A stretch of DNA of 64,000 nucleotides. It comes from Lysobacterales bacterium. GTDB taxonomy: Bacteria; Pseudomonadota; Gammaproteobacteria; Xanthomonadales; SZUA-5. Shown here piece after piece: positions 48,117-58,056 of the stretch. The DNA lies in NCBI GenBank assembly GCA_022844165.1, contig JALHMH010000003.1, positions 160,001 through 224,000 on the forward strand. Direction: 5' to 3'. The position numbers and the translations under genes are program-made. Position 1 is the stretch's first letter. Every line of letters begins with the position of its first letter. A model generated the notes under the pieces. The model ran no database searches, had not been told where the DNA came from, and worked only from the letters and a program-made list of their open reading frames with translations.

Positions 48117-49430
48117 ATGTTCGTTGAAATAGGATTGCTGCTCGCGCTGATTCTGCTGAACGGCTTTTTCGCGTTGTCGGAAATGTCCATTGTCACCGCG
48201 CGCAAGAGCAAACTCAAACAATCGGCCGAAAAACACCGCTCCGCACGCGCAGCCCTGGCCTTGGCCGAACACCCCGAGAACTTCCTCTCGGCGGTACAGA
48301 TCGGTATTACGCTGATCGGTGTACTGACTGGGATGCTCGGCGGCGAAGCCATCGGCAGGCGCATCGAGGCGGTACTCGTCAGATTCGAGTATGTGGCCGA
48401 CTTTGCCGATGAGCTCGGTCTCGCGCTGGCGGTGTTGATCATTACGTTTGTCAGCATCGTGCTCGGCGAGCTCATACCCAAGCGACTTGCGCTGCTGGCA
48501 CCGGAGCGTATCGCTGCTGTCGTAGGCCTGCCTATGACGATCTTCGCCAAGGTGACATTACCCTTTGTCTGGGTCTTGTCGATCGTCACGCGCACGTGCT
48601 TGCGCCTGCTCGGGGCCAAAAAAGCGGACGAGAGCCGGGTGACGGAAGAAGAGATTCGCTTGTTGGTGGCGGAGAGCGCCGAACAGGGCGAAATCGAAGA
48701 TGTCGAGCGCACGCTGATCAATCGCGCGCTGCGGCTGACTGATCGCACCGCCGAGAGCTTGATGACGCCGCGCAATCGTATTGCGTGGCTTGATGCCGAA
48801 GCCAGCCTGGCCGACAATCTGGCGGTCATGCGTACCACGCCGTTTGCCGCCTATCCGGTCATGCGCGGCAGCGACAAAGAAGTGCTCGGCATTCTGGATG
48901 TGAAGGTGCTCATCGACAAGATCGGCACGAGCGGCCAGTTCGATCTCTTCAAGCGCGTCAGCAAATCACTGTTCGTACCGCTGTCGACCAAAGCCATGAC
49001 TCTGCTCGAGACTTTTCGCGACAACGACTCTCGTATCGCGTTGGTCGTCGACGAATATGGCGACATCATGGGTCTGATTACGCGCAATGATGTACTCAGT
49101 GCCGCGATCGGCGCGAGCGTGCATGGACAGGGCAGCGACGAAGAAGCCGACGCGCTGATAGTGCAGCGCGCCGACGGCAGCTATCTGCTGGACGCTGCGC
49201 TGAAGGTCGAAGACCTGCAGGAGTTACTGCATCTGAGCCAGTTGCCGGGCATCGAAGAGCACGAGTATCACTCGTTGGCGGGCATGTTGATCGCGATGCT
49301 CGGCCATATCCCTCAGGTCGCCGAGACCTACGATTGGGAGGGCTACCGTTTCGAGGTGGTCGACCGCGATGGCGCACGCATCGACAAAGTGCTGGTCAGC
49401 GATCTGGGCGAGATTGCCGCGCAGTCATAG
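48117..49430 (+). CDS. Hemolysin/CNNM family protein (DUF21-CBS-CorC)
   Basis: LNGFFALSEMSIV, VQIGIT, GELIPK, MTPR, VVDEYG, RIDKVLV. Confidence 0.92.
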   Translation: MFVEIGLLLALILLNGFFALSEMSIVTARKSKLKQSAEKHRSARAALALAEHPENFLSAVQIGITLIGVLTGMLGGEAIGRRIEAVLVRFEYVADFADELGLALAVLIITFVSIVLGELIPKRLALLAPERIAAVVGLPMTIFAKVTLPFVWVLSIVTRTCLRLLGAKKADESRVTEEEIRLLVAESAEQGEIEDVERTLINRALRLTDRTAESLMTPRNRIAWLDAEASLADNLAVMRTTPFAAYPVMRGSDKEVLGILDVKVLIDKIGTSGQFDLFKRVSKSLFVPLSTKAMTLLETFRDNDSRIALVVDEYGDIMGLITRNDVLSAAIGASVHGQGSDEEADALIVQRADGSYLLDAALKVEDLQELLHLSQLPGIEEHEYHSLAGMLIAMLGHIPQVAETYDWEGYRFEVVDRDGARIDKVLVSDLGEIAAQS

Positions 49431-49546
49431 ACGCAGTGGCACGGTACGTTGGGACTGAGCAGACGACAACACGGACACTTTTGGCCGATGTGTGCTCGCC
49501 AGACTCAAGGTAGACTGCGCGGCCATTCGACCGACGGTTTGGTGCG

Positions 49547-50194
49547 ATGTTCGGCCCGTTAAAAACACTGTTGTTCCTCGCGGTGCTCTGGCTGCCGCTG
49601 TCTTTCTTCGTCTGGTTTTATTTTGCGCAGGTGTTTGTTTTGCCCGTCGCGGCGTTGTCATCCGGCATTCTGGAAGCCTGGCTGCCACAAGTGTTCGTTG
49701 GCATGGAGCAGACTCGACACATCATCGAGTTCATCACCACCTTGCCGGTGAAGCCAGAAATGCTGGTTGGGCTCGATACCAGCCAGGGCACGCCTGCGGT
49801 CGTCGTGCAGGTGAACCCGATGATCTATGGCTATTCGATCCCGGTACTGACGGGTTTAGTGATGGCAACGCCGCTGACCAGCGCTCAACGTGCGCTTCAG
49901 GTAGGCGCAGGCATCGCGATTTTGACACTCGTGCAGACCTATGGTGCGGTGTTCGATGCGTTGAAGAGCGTCACATTGCAATCTGGCGCCGAAGGCGTGC
50001 GGCTGATCGCGGAAACAGGGCTGTCGCCGAACTTCATCGCATTTGGCTATCAATTCGGCTATCTGGTGCTGCCGGCGATCACCCCGGTGATTTTGTGGGT
50101 GATGTTCAATCAGGCTTTTATTCAATTGTTGGTGAGCGCACCGGGCAACGAGTTTCCCGATGGGGGAACTGCGGGGTCGGGCGGCGGGTCTTAG
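49547..50194 (+). CDS. Membrane protein resembling exosortase H-associated membrane proteins
   Basis: LWLPLSFFVW, NPMIYGYSIP..L..ATP and YQFGYLVLP..P..LW match my recollection of that family. No exosortase gene is present in the window. Confidence 0.6.
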   Translation: MFGPLKTLLFLAVLWLPLSFFVWFYFAQVFVLPVAALSSGILEAWLPQVFVGMEQTRHIIEFITTLPVKPEMLVGLDTSQGTPAVVVQVNPMIYGYSIPVLTGLVMATPLTSAQRALQVGAGIAILTLVQTYGAVFDALKSVTLQSGAEGVRLIAETGLSPNFIAFGYQFGYLVLPAITPVILWVMFNQAFIQLLVSAPGNEFPDGGTAGSGGGS

Positions 50195-50374
50195 GCGTGG
50201 CTGGCGGTTCGCGGAGGTGATCGACTGCGCTTCTCCGGTTTCTGCCCGTCGGGTTGGCGCACGTTTTGAGAGACTCGCAGTCTGGCACCTGGATCTTGGA
50301 ATCTTAAGCTGCAACCGTTGCCCACCATCGCTTCTTCCTCCAACGACTAACTGCGCATCACGAATCCTCACCCA

Positions 50375-52102
50375 ATGACCACCGACCTCGAAACCCCCGT
50401 ACTGCCGAGCGGCGCAGAGCTCGATGAGCAGATCTGCCAGTTCCTGCTGCGCAAGGGTCGGCTGAAAGAAACCGATCTGGTTCGTGCGCGGCGCGTATTC
50501 GAGGAGCAGTCGGAAGTACCTCTCGTTGGTTTGCTGACACGTCTGGGGCTGGCTTCAGAGCGTGACGTTGCGGACGCATTGGCTGAGCTGCTGGATATAC
50601 CTCAGGTCACGGCTAAGGACGCGCCGGACGTGCCCCCAGCGGGTGTGCAACTGTCGGTGCGGTTCTTGAAGCAGTTCCACGTGGTGCCGATCGGCGAGTC
50701 GGAATCCTCGATCAGGCTGTTAGTGGCAGATCCACAGGACGACTACGCGCGCGGCGCAGTCCATCTGGCAACCGGCAAGAACATCGAACTGGCGGTCGGT
50801 CTGCGCAGCGAAATAGACGATTTGATCGAGCGATACTACGGCCAGGGCCGCTCGGCGATGGGCACCATCGTGGAGAACCTCGAAGGCGCTGAAGGCGGTG
50901 GCGAGGACGACGTTGAGCACCTGCGCGATCTGGCGTCCGAGGCGCCGGTGATCCGGCTCGTGAATCTGATCATGCAGCGCGCAGTCGAGCAGCGTGCGTC
51001 CGACATCCACATTGAGCCCTTCGAGAATCGGCTTAAAGTTCGTTATCGCATCGATGGCGTGTTGCATGAAGTGGAATCGCCGCCGGCCAGTTCCACAGCC
51101 GCCGTGATCAGCCGCATCAAGATCATGGCCAAGCTCAACATCGCCGAACGCCGGCTGCCGCAGGATGGCCGCATCATGCTGCGTGTGCAGGGCAAGGAGC
51201 TCGATCTACGCGTCTCGACCGTGCCGACGAGCTATGGCGAGAGCGTGGTGATGCGCATCCTGGACCGCGAAAATGTGGTGCTGGACTTCAAGGCGTTGGG
51301 TTTCACCGACGACTTCCTGCCGAAGTTTTTGCACGTACTCGATATGCCCCACGGCATCATGCTGGTCACCGGCCCGACCGGCTCGGGCAAAACCACCACG
51401 TTGTACACTGCGCTGAGCAAGATCAATACGCCGGACGTCAAGATCATCACGGTTGAGGATCCGGTCGAGTACCAGCTTGAAGGCGTCAATCAGATTCAGG
51501 TGAAACCTCAGATTGGCCTCGATTTCGCCGGAGCACTGCGCTCGATTGTGCGTCAGGATCCGGACATCATCATGATCGGCGAAATGCGCGATCTGGAAAC
51601 CGCAAAAATCGCGATCCAGTCTGCGTTGACCGGGCATTTGGTGCTCTCGACCTTGCACACCAACAACGCCGCAGGTGCCGTGACGCGCCTTCTCGATATG
51701 GGCGTCGATGACTATTTGTTGTGCTCCACCGTCAACGGAGTGCTCGCGCAGCGTCTTGTGCGTCGGCTCGATCGCGAGAGCAGCCAACGATATCTGGCGC
51801 TGCCCGAAGTGATTCAGGAGCACAAACTACGCAATTACACACGCCACGATCCGATCTATCTGCACCGTCCGGTGGCCAGCGAACGCAGCGCAACCGGTTA
51901 TTTGGGGCGCACCACGATCATGGAGTTCCTGACCATGACCGATCCCATCCGTCGTCTCGTGATGCAACATGCTGATCACGGCAAAATTGAAGCTTTGGCG
52001 CGGGAAGAAGGCATGCGCACGATGTACGAGGACGGTATGGCCAAAGCGCTCGCCGGCCTGACCACCATCGAAGAAGTGCTTCGCGTGACGCAGGAGTCGT
52101 GA
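50375..52102 (+). CDS. gspE: Type II secretion ATPase
   Basis: ASDIHIEP, RLPQDGR, GPTGSGKTTTLY, TVEDPVEY, RQDPDIIMIGEMRD, TGHLVLSTLH; long XpsE-type N-terminus. Confidence 0.95.
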   Translation: MTTDLETPVLPSGAELDEQICQFLLRKGRLKETDLVRARRVFEEQSEVPLVGLLTRLGLASERDVADALAELLDIPQVTAKDAPDVPPAGVQLSVRFLKQFHVVPIGESESSIRLLVADPQDDYARGAVHLATGKNIELAVGLRSEIDDLIERYYGQGRSAMGTIVENLEGAEGGGEDDVEHLRDLASEAPVIRLVNLIMQRAVEQRASDIHIEPFENRLKVRYRIDGVLHEVESPPASSTAAVISRIKIMAKLNIAERRLPQDGRIMLRVQGKELDLRVSTVPTSYGESVVMRILDRENVVLDFKALGFTDDFLPKFLHVLDMPHGIMLVTGPTGSGKTTTLYTALSKINTPDVKIITVEDPVEYQLEGVNQIQVKPQIGLDFAGALRSIVRQDPDIIMIGEMRDLETAKIAIQSALTGHLVLSTLHTNNAAGAVTRLLDMGVDDYLLCSTVNGVLAQRLVRRLDRESSQRYLALPEVIQEHKLRNYTRHDPIYLHRPVASERSATGYLGRTTIMEFLTMTDPIRRLVMQHADHGKIEALAREEGMRTMYEDGMAKALAGLTTIEEVLRVTQES

Positions 52103-52257
52103 TGGGCGTTCGGTTGACGGCATATCGCAGAGAAACGAGTGCGGGGCACGGGGCACGGGGCACGGGACACGTGTCGTTGCCGGTGAGGCCAATGCCCGTT
52201 CGAGCAAACCCGTGTCCCGCTTTTGCTGCCGAAGAACTCGTCGGAGCGGCCCCCTGA
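52102..52257 (+). CDS. Putative 51-aa bridge mini-ORF spanning the heptamer insert between gspE and gspF
   Basis: TGATG overlaps at both ends (52100-52104 and 52255-52259). The 156-nt frame is open: MGVRLTAYRRETSAGHGARGTGHVS...GAAP. Confidence 0.45.
   Translation: MGVRLTAYRRETSAGHGARGTGHVSLPVRPMPVRANPCPAFAAEELVGAAP
52141..52220. repeat. Heptamer array (GGGGCAC)3 with a short inverted arm
   Basis: GCGGGGCACGGGGCACGGGGCACGGGACACG ... CCCGTGTCCCGC. Confidence 0.85.
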
Positions 52258-53471
52258 TGCCCGCCTTCCGCTTCAAAGCCGTGGCACCGAGCGGCGAGAC
52301 AGTACAAGGTCAGATGGACGCTGCGTCAATCGATGAGGTGATTGCCAAGCTGCACGAGCAGGGCAACCTGCCGCTCGAAGCGGTACCGGCTGATCAGGCG
52401 CAGGGTTTTTCGCTGGCGACGCTGTTTCGTTCCAGCGGCGTCTCACAAAAGGATGTCGCTCAGTTCACGCAACAACTGGCGACTTTGGTCAGCGCGGGCC
52501 TGCCGCTCGATCGTTCGTTGTTGGTACTCGCTGAACTCGCCGAATCACCGCGCCTGAAGCGCTTGGTCGATCGCGTACGCGACGAAGTGCGCGGCGGCAT
52601 TTCGCTTTCGGAAGCGCTTGAGCGCCAGCATGGCGTGTTTTCGCGCCTGTACGTGAACATGGTGCGTGCCGGTGAGTTAGGCGGCACGCTCGATCACACG
52701 TTGACGCGCTTGTCGGAGTACCTGGAACGCAACCAGGAGCTCAAATCCAGTGTGGTATCGGCGCTGATTTATCCTTGCATCCTGTTACTCCTGGCCGGCG
52801 GAGCGTTGATCTTCATGCTGGTGTATGTGATCCCGAATTTCATGCCATTGTTCGAGCAGTTAGGCGGCGATCTGCCGCTGCTGACTCAGATCGTTTTGGC
52901 GATGGCCAGCGTATTGCGCTTCGGTTGGTGGGCGATCATGTTGGTGATTGTCGGCATCGTTGTTTTTTTCCAACGGCAGTTCGCCGATCCGGTCAGTCGC
53001 CTCGTTTGGGACACACGGCTGCTCGATTTGCGCTGGGTTGGCGATTTGCTCACCAAGATCGATACGGCCCGTCTGGCGAGAACCGCTGGCACCCTGCTGA
53101 AGAACGGTGTGCCGCTGCTGTCGGCACTTTCGATCTCAAAGAACGTGCTCGGGAACTCGGCGCTGGCCGAGCAGGTCGAAATCGCCAATAAGGAAGTAAA
53201 GACCGGCGGCGGTCTGGCGCACGCGCTGGCGGCGAGCAAGCGGTTTCCCAGGCTGGCGCTGCAGATGATCTCGGTCGGCGAGGAAACCGGGCATCTCGAC
53301 GACATGTTGCTGCGTGCTGCAGATACCTATGATCGAGAAGTGCGCACCACGATCGACCGGCTGATGGCAGCCTTCGTACCGGTGATGACGATCTTGTTGG
53401 CAGGTTTCATCGCTGTGATCGTCATTTCGATGGTTTCGGCGATTCTGAGTTTGAACGAATTGGTTGGATAA
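52257..53471 (+). CDS. gspF: Type II secretion inner-membrane protein F
   Basis: FTQQLATLVSAGLPL, VRAGELGG, ALIYP, GEETG. Confidence 0.93.
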   Translation: MPAFRFKAVAPSGETVQGQMDAASIDEVIAKLHEQGNLPLEAVPADQAQGFSLATLFRSSGVSQKDVAQFTQQLATLVSAGLPLDRSLLVLAELAESPRLKRLVDRVRDEVRGGISLSEALERQHGVFSRLYVNMVRAGELGGTLDHTLTRLSEYLERNQELKSSVVSALIYPCILLLLAGGALIFMLVYVIPNFMPLFEQLGGDLPLLTQIVLAMASVLRFGWWAIMLVIVGIVVFFQRQFADPVSRLVWDTRLLDLRWVGDLLTKIDTARLARTAGTLLKNGVPLLSALSISKNVLGNSALAEQVEIANKEVKTGGGLAHALAASKRFPRLALQMISVGEETGHLDDMLLRAADTYDREVRTTIDRLMAAFVPVMTILLAGFIAVIVISMVSAILSLNELVG

Positions 53472-53482
53472 CGGAGTGACAC

Positions 53483-53908
53483 ATGAAACGACGCGAATTA
53501 CGCGCGATGGGACAGGGCGGCTTCAGCTTGATCGAAATGCTGCTGGTGCTGGGCATCATCGCGTTCATTGCGACGATGCTCGCCACTAACATCTTCAAGA
53601 ATCAGGAGTCGGCCAATGTGCGCGCCGCGCAAGCGGGCGTTCGAAAGGTCGCCACAGCTGTCGATCAGTTTTATTTGGATTCGGGCACTTTGCCTTCGAA
53701 GATTGAGGATTTGGCCACGCGGCCGGGCAACGCCACTAATTGGAATGGCCCATACATTAACCAGTCGCAAACGCTCGATCCTTGGAAAAACGCTTATGTG
53801 TTGAAGGTGCCCGGTGAAGGCGGACAGCCCTATGCGGTGATTTCGCTCGGAGCCGACAAAGCGCCCGGCGGCAAAGATAACGCTGCGGATATCGACAATA
53901 ACCAGTGA
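53483..53908 (+). CDS. gspG: Major pseudopilin
   Basis: G|FSLIE N-methylation site, WNGPY, DPW..Y, SLGAD..GG...DI. Confidence 0.93.
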   Translation: MKRRELRAMGQGGFSLIEMLLVLGIIAFIATMLATNIFKNQESANVRAAQAGVRKVATAVDQFYLDSGTLPSKIEDLATRPGNATNWNGPYINQSQTLDPWKNAYVLKVPGEGGQPYAVISLGADKAPGGKDNAADIDNNQ

Positions 53909-54543
53909 ACATACCCCCGGATGGGTCGCGCCAAGGCGCGACGCTGTTGTCTGTTCCCCGCAGCGGGCAGTGCGCTGCGGGGAAGCTCACTCGTCCGCAT
54001 TGCGATTTCGCGCCTCATGATTCGGGTGACTCGATCGAAGCGGCGGATCATCGAGGCTTGAGGGAACAGCTGAAAGCGTCGCGCTCTGGCGCGAGCCACG
54101 GACAGTTGGGCTTTACGTTGCTGGAAATGATCGTCGTGCTGCTGATCATCGCCACCGCCGCAACGATGCTGGGCACCTCGATCGTCGGGCGGCTGGACAG
54201 CGTGCGCGTGGCGACCGCTGCGCGCGATGTCAGCTCAGCGCTGCGCCTGACGCGCAGCCAGGCGATTTTGAAGCGCGAAGAGATGTTTCTGGAAATCGAT
54301 CTCGACAAGCGCACGTACACAGCGCCGGGCCGCGAGCCGGTGCAGTTGCCGGATGCGCTGGAATTGAAGCTGCTGACAGCCAGTACCGAAGTCGATAGCG
54401 GTAATGTCGGGCGCATCCGCTTTTTTGCCGACGGCGGCTCAACCGGTGGTCGCGTTACGCTGATGGCCGGCGCGCGCGAGTGGAAGGTCAATGTCTCTTG
54501 GCTGACCGGCGAGATTCAGCTCGACGATGGGCGCAAGGGATGA
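53905..54543 (+). CDS. gspH: Minor pseudopilin H (start uncertain: GTG 53905 or TTG 54058)
   Basis: G|FTLLE at 54109; IRFFADGGSTGG, VSWLTG. Confidence 0.85.
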   Translation: MNIPPDGSRQGATLLSVPRSGQCAAGKLTRPHCDFAPHDSGDSIEAADHRGLREQLKASRSGASHGQLGFTLLEMIVVLLIIATAATMLGTSIVGRLDSVRVATAARDVSSALRLTRSQAILKREEMFLEIDLDKRTYTAPGREPVQLPDALELKLLTASTEVDSGNVGRIRFFADGGSTGGRVTLMAGAREWKVNVSWLTGEIQLDDGRKG

Positions 54544-54953
54544 GCGCCGGGCGCCAACAAGGCGGCTTTACGCTCATCGAAGTGCTGGTGGCGTTTCTGG
54601 TCTTTGTCATGGTCTTTGGCGCAATTCTGGAAGCGCTTGGTATGGCGATGCGCAATACGCGGCGTTCGGCGGAGGTCAGCGAAGCAGCGCTTTGGGCGCA
54701 ATCCAAACTCGATACCGTCGGCAATCTGGAGGAACTCAAAGACGCCAGCGACAGTGGTGAGTTCAACCAACGCTATCGTTGGCAGCTCGATGTTCGCAAA
54801 GTCGAAGTACCGCGCGACGATGGCCTCTCGGCCGATAGTTTTCCAGTCGAGCTGTATCGCGTTGAGCTGATCGTCAATTGGGGTGATGGCCGCCGTCAGA
54901 ACGAGCAGCGTTTTGTAACAATGCGCAGTAAGCTCAAAGAGGGGCAGTTCTGA
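54540..54953 (+). CDS. gspI: Minor pseudopilin I
   Basis: MSAGRQQGG|FTLIEVLVA; ATGA overlap with gspH. Confidence 0.88.
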   Translation: MSAGRQQGGFTLIEVLVAFLVFVMVFGAILEALGMAMRNTRRSAEVSEAALWAQSKLDTVGNLEELKDASDSGEFNQRYRWQLDVRKVEVPRDDGLSADSFPVELYRVELIVNWGDGRRQNEQRFVTMRSKLKEGQF

Positions 54954-55729
54954 TGCATCTCTTACGGGGCACGGGGCGCGGGGCACGGGAAACGGGAGCG
55001 TGCGGGAACGCTGTTCGGGTTTCGGGGGTCGTTGGCACCCAAGCAGGCGACGGCCCGTGCCCCGAACTTCAGGGCAACCAGGCAGGCTTTACCCTCATCG
55101 AACTCCTCGTCGCCATGGCCCTCGTGGCGCTGCTGATGACCATGATCTACGAGGGGCTGCGCAGCGGCCAGCGGGCAGCGGAAACCGGGCAGGCGTTTAT
55201 CGATCGCACCAATCGTGTGCGCATCACGCACGAGTTTTTACGCGGCCAGATCAGTCGCTTGATGCCGCTGCCATATAAGCAGGACAACACCAACGGCAAG
55301 CTTTTTATTTTTGAAGGCGATCAAGAACGGATTCGTTTTGTTGGCCCCATGCCTGGATACCTCGGTTTTGGCGGAGCGTATGTGCAGGAACTGGAGTTGA
55401 TTCGCGATGGCGGCGCCAGGTCTCTGGTTTATCGCTATTGGCTGCTGAACGGGTTCGATGAAAAAGACATCGATACCGCCGAGCCGCCGGTACTTTTGCT
55501 CGAAGGTATCCGGGATGCGAGTTTTCGGTTCAAGGGCATCAACGCGGAAGGCAAAATCAGCGATTGGCGCAGCGATTGGGAAGACTCCCAACTGACTCCG
55601 CTGGTGGTCGAGCTGAAGATGGAAATGACCCGCGAAAGCCGTATGGAATGGCCGATTCTTGAAGTCGTCATGATGGTCGATGGTGGTTCGACGCGTGGTT
55701 TCAACGCTGGGTTTTTCCCGTCTGGTTAA
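54953..55729 (+). CDS. gspJ: Minor pseudopilin J with a long repeat-derived leader
   Basis: G|FTLIE with Gly at codon 45. There is no other in-frame ATG/GTG/TTG between 54953 and the cleavage site. Confidence 0.88.
   Translation: MHLLRGTGRGARETGACGNAVRVSGVVGTQAGDGPCPELQGNQAGFTLIELLVAMALVALLMTMIYEGLRSGQRAAETGQAFIDRTNRVRITHEFLRGQISRLMPLPYKQDNTNGKLFIFEGDQERIRFVGPMPGYLGFGGAYVQELELIRDGGARSLVYRYWLLNGFDEKDIDTAEPPVLLLEGIRDASFRFKGINAEGKISDWRSDWEDSQLTPLVVELKMEMTRESRMEWPILEVVMMVDGGSTRGFNAGFFPSG
54964..55064. repeat. Heptamer array inside the gspJ 5' end
   Basis: ACGGGGCACGGGGCGCGGGGCACGGGAAACGGG ... CCCGTGCCCCG. Confidence 0.8.
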
Positions 55730-56713
55730 ATGGGTCGCGTGTGTTGCAACCGCCTACGTTCAGCCACCAACCCAACCGCCAACCGCCAACCGCCAACCGC
55801 CAACCGCCCTATGCCATCACCCACCCAACAACGCGGAATCGCCCTGGTCATGGTGCTCTGGGTGTGCATTCTGATCGCTGTACTGCTGGCGAGTTTTTCG
55901 ATCAGCGCGCGAATCGAGGCACTGCAGGGCCGCAATTTGCTGGATGCCACCCGCGCCCGTTATGCAGCAGAAGCGGGCCTGCATCGCGCCGCCTATGAGC
56001 TGCGCGGCAATAATCCGGAAACGCGCTGGGTAGCGGATGGGCGCCCGTATGAGATCGAATTTGAAGGCGCCACAGTCACCATCGAGATTTATGATGAAAC
56101 GGGCAAAGTCGACTTGAACGTTGCGGATCCGATCACACTGACTGCGCTGTTCGAGTCTGGGGGCCTCAACCAATTGGATGCCGAAGCGCTGGCTGGTGCG
56201 GTGATGGACTGGCGCGATCCCGATGAGCTGCTCAATCCCAATGGTGCCGAAGCCAACGAGTACGAAGCCGCAGGCCGTTCCTACAAGCCGCGCAATGCGC
56301 CATTCGAAACCGTCTCTGAAGTGCAACAAGTGCTTGGGATGAGTTTCGAATTGTATCGGGAACTTGAACCGCTGATGACCATCTACTCTGGACGCGCGCA
56401 GCCTAATCCGGCATTCGCGTCGCCCCAAGTTCTGGCTCTGTTACCCGGTATGTCGCCTGATCTCGTTGATCTTTTTGTGCAACAGCGCCAAATTCCGGCC
56501 GGACCTAGCGGGCAGGCAGCGCTGCCATTGGTCTTGCCAGACGGCACGCCGGTGGTAGCACAGGGCGGGGGGCTTACGTACACTATCCGGTCCGCTGCAA
56601 CCTTGCCTGGTAGCGCCACCGCCAGCCTCGAAGCAACCATTCGTTTGGGCGCGAGCATGGTGGCGCGGCGACCATTTCGAATTGTTCGTTGGCGCGATGG
56701 CGAGGCTAAATGA
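55730..56713 (+). CDS. gspK: Minor pseudopilin K (alternative start ATG 55811)
   Basis: QRG|IALVMVLW, DETGKVDLN, DWRD.D, N.PF..V.E..QV.GM. Confidence 0.9.
   Translation: MGRVCCNRLRSATNPTANRQPPTANRPMPSPTQQRGIALVMVLWVCILIAVLLASFSISARIEALQGRNLLDATRARYAAEAGLHRAAYELRGNNPETRWVADGRPYEIEFEGATVTIEIYDETGKVDLNVADPITLTALFESGGLNQLDAEALAGAVMDWRDPDELLNPNGAEANEYEAAGRSYKPRNAPFETVSEVQQVLGMSFELYRELEPLMTIYSGRAQPNPAFASPQVLALLPGMSPDLVDLFVQQRQIPAGPSGQAALPLVLPDGTPVVAQGGGLTYTIRSAATLPGSATASLEATIRLGASMVARRPFRIVRWRDGEAK
55767..55808 (+). repeat. (CCAACCG)n heptamer tandem repeat at the gspJ/gspK junction
   Basis: CCAACCCAACCGCCAACCGCCAACCGCCAACCGCCAACCGCC. Confidence 0.85.
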
Positions 56714-56919
56714 GCCGTCGGTGCGCTCACAAAATGGGCGTTAGGGTGTAGAGCGGGCGACTATCGTTGTTCGGAGATAGCTAGGCCCGACTCTCGTGTT
56801 CACGACGATCGGGGGCAGGGAGGAGGCGGGAAGGTGGTCACCGTTTTAGGGTCGTCGGCGAGCGCACCCACGCATCGTCGCTTCGAGGCCTGGCCTCGCC
56901 TGGATTGATTTGGAATTCG

Positions 56920-58056
56920 ATGCTCGACGTAGTTCAAAAGCCTCTGCGCCGCTTTCGGCAGCGCTACGACAAGAGTGGATTGAAGCAGTTCTTGTCATGG
57001 TGGTACGCCGAACTCGTCGGCATGTTGCCGACGGGTTTGCGTGCGTTGCTGAGCAGCGATCGCGCTCACCTGGCCATTACGCCATTGGATACGGGATGGC
57101 GCGTGGATCGTGTTCGCGGCGGCAGGGTTGAAGAATCGCAAGGGGCGGAAACCCAGGAAGGGTTGACTCAGGCGTTGACGGCGCTGACGCCGGAGGGCGA
57201 AACGCCCTTGCAGGTTCTGGTGCTGCCGCAATCGAGTGTGTTACGTCGTCGTGTCAATCTGCCGGCAGCGGCCGAAGAACATCTTGAAAAGGTGCTGGGC
57301 TTCGAAATGGATCGGCAAACGCCGTTTCGCGCGGACCAGCTCTACGTCGATTCGTACATCGCCAAGCGCGATGCAACGGCGCGTACTCTGCTTGTCGATA
57401 TGCTGGCAATACCGCGAGCGGCGCTCGATCAGCGCCTGGCGGCGCTTGGCAACATTGCCCTGGACGGGGTCGATGTCGCTGGGCCTGAAGGTTTGGCAGG
57501 CTTCAATATTTTACCGGGCGAACGTCGCGCACGACGGACCAACCAGCGCCTGCGTATCAACGTCATTCTTGCGATCAGCGCCGTCGCGCTGCTTTGGCTG
57601 GTGATGTGGCAGTCGTTGCAGTTGCGCGAGAGCGCCATATCGAATCTCGCGGAGACCATGGATGAGTCGCGGTTGCAAGCCACGCAAACGACTGAGCTGA
57701 AGCGCCAGCTGCGCGATGCGATTGAAGGTGCGAACTTCCTGGCGAAAAAGAAGTCCGAACAACCCATTTCGGTGGATGTGCTGAACGAGATCACGCAACT
57801 CGTTCCGGACGACACCTGGTTGGAACGCGTCAGCTTCACGCAGACTGACAAGGCGATGCAGGTACAGTTGCAAGGGCAGTCGGCGCGCGCGGACAAATTG
57901 ATCGGCCTTTTGACCAAGAGCAAGTGCCTGACCAATCCACAATTCATCGGCATCATTCAACCCGACGGCGCCACCGGTAAGGAGCGCTTCACTTTGTCCG
58001 CAGACCTGAGAACGGGGGTGTGTCATGGCGCTGACGCTGTTGCCGCCACCCGGTAA
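56920..58056 (+). CDS. gspL: Type II secretion protein L (PilN-like C-terminal domain)
   Basis: FLSWW..EL, LRRRVNLPAAA, FEMDRQTPF, one TM, PDDTWL, ERF. Confidence 0.88.
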   Translation: MLDVVQKPLRRFRQRYDKSGLKQFLSWWYAELVGMLPTGLRALLSSDRAHLAITPLDTGWRVDRVRGGRVEESQGAETQEGLTQALTALTPEGETPLQVLVLPQSSVLRRRVNLPAAAEEHLEKVLGFEMDRQTPFRADQLYVDSYIAKRDATARTLLVDMLAIPRAALDQRLAALGNIALDGVDVAGPEGLAGFNILPGERRARRTNQRLRINVILAISAVALLWLVMWQSLQLRESAISNLAETMDESRLQATQTTELKRQLRDAIEGANFLAKKKSEQPISVDVLNEITQLVPDDTWLERVSFTQTDKAMQVQLQGQSARADKLIGLLTKSKCLTNPQFIGIIQPDGATGKERFTLSADLRTGVCHGADAVAATR

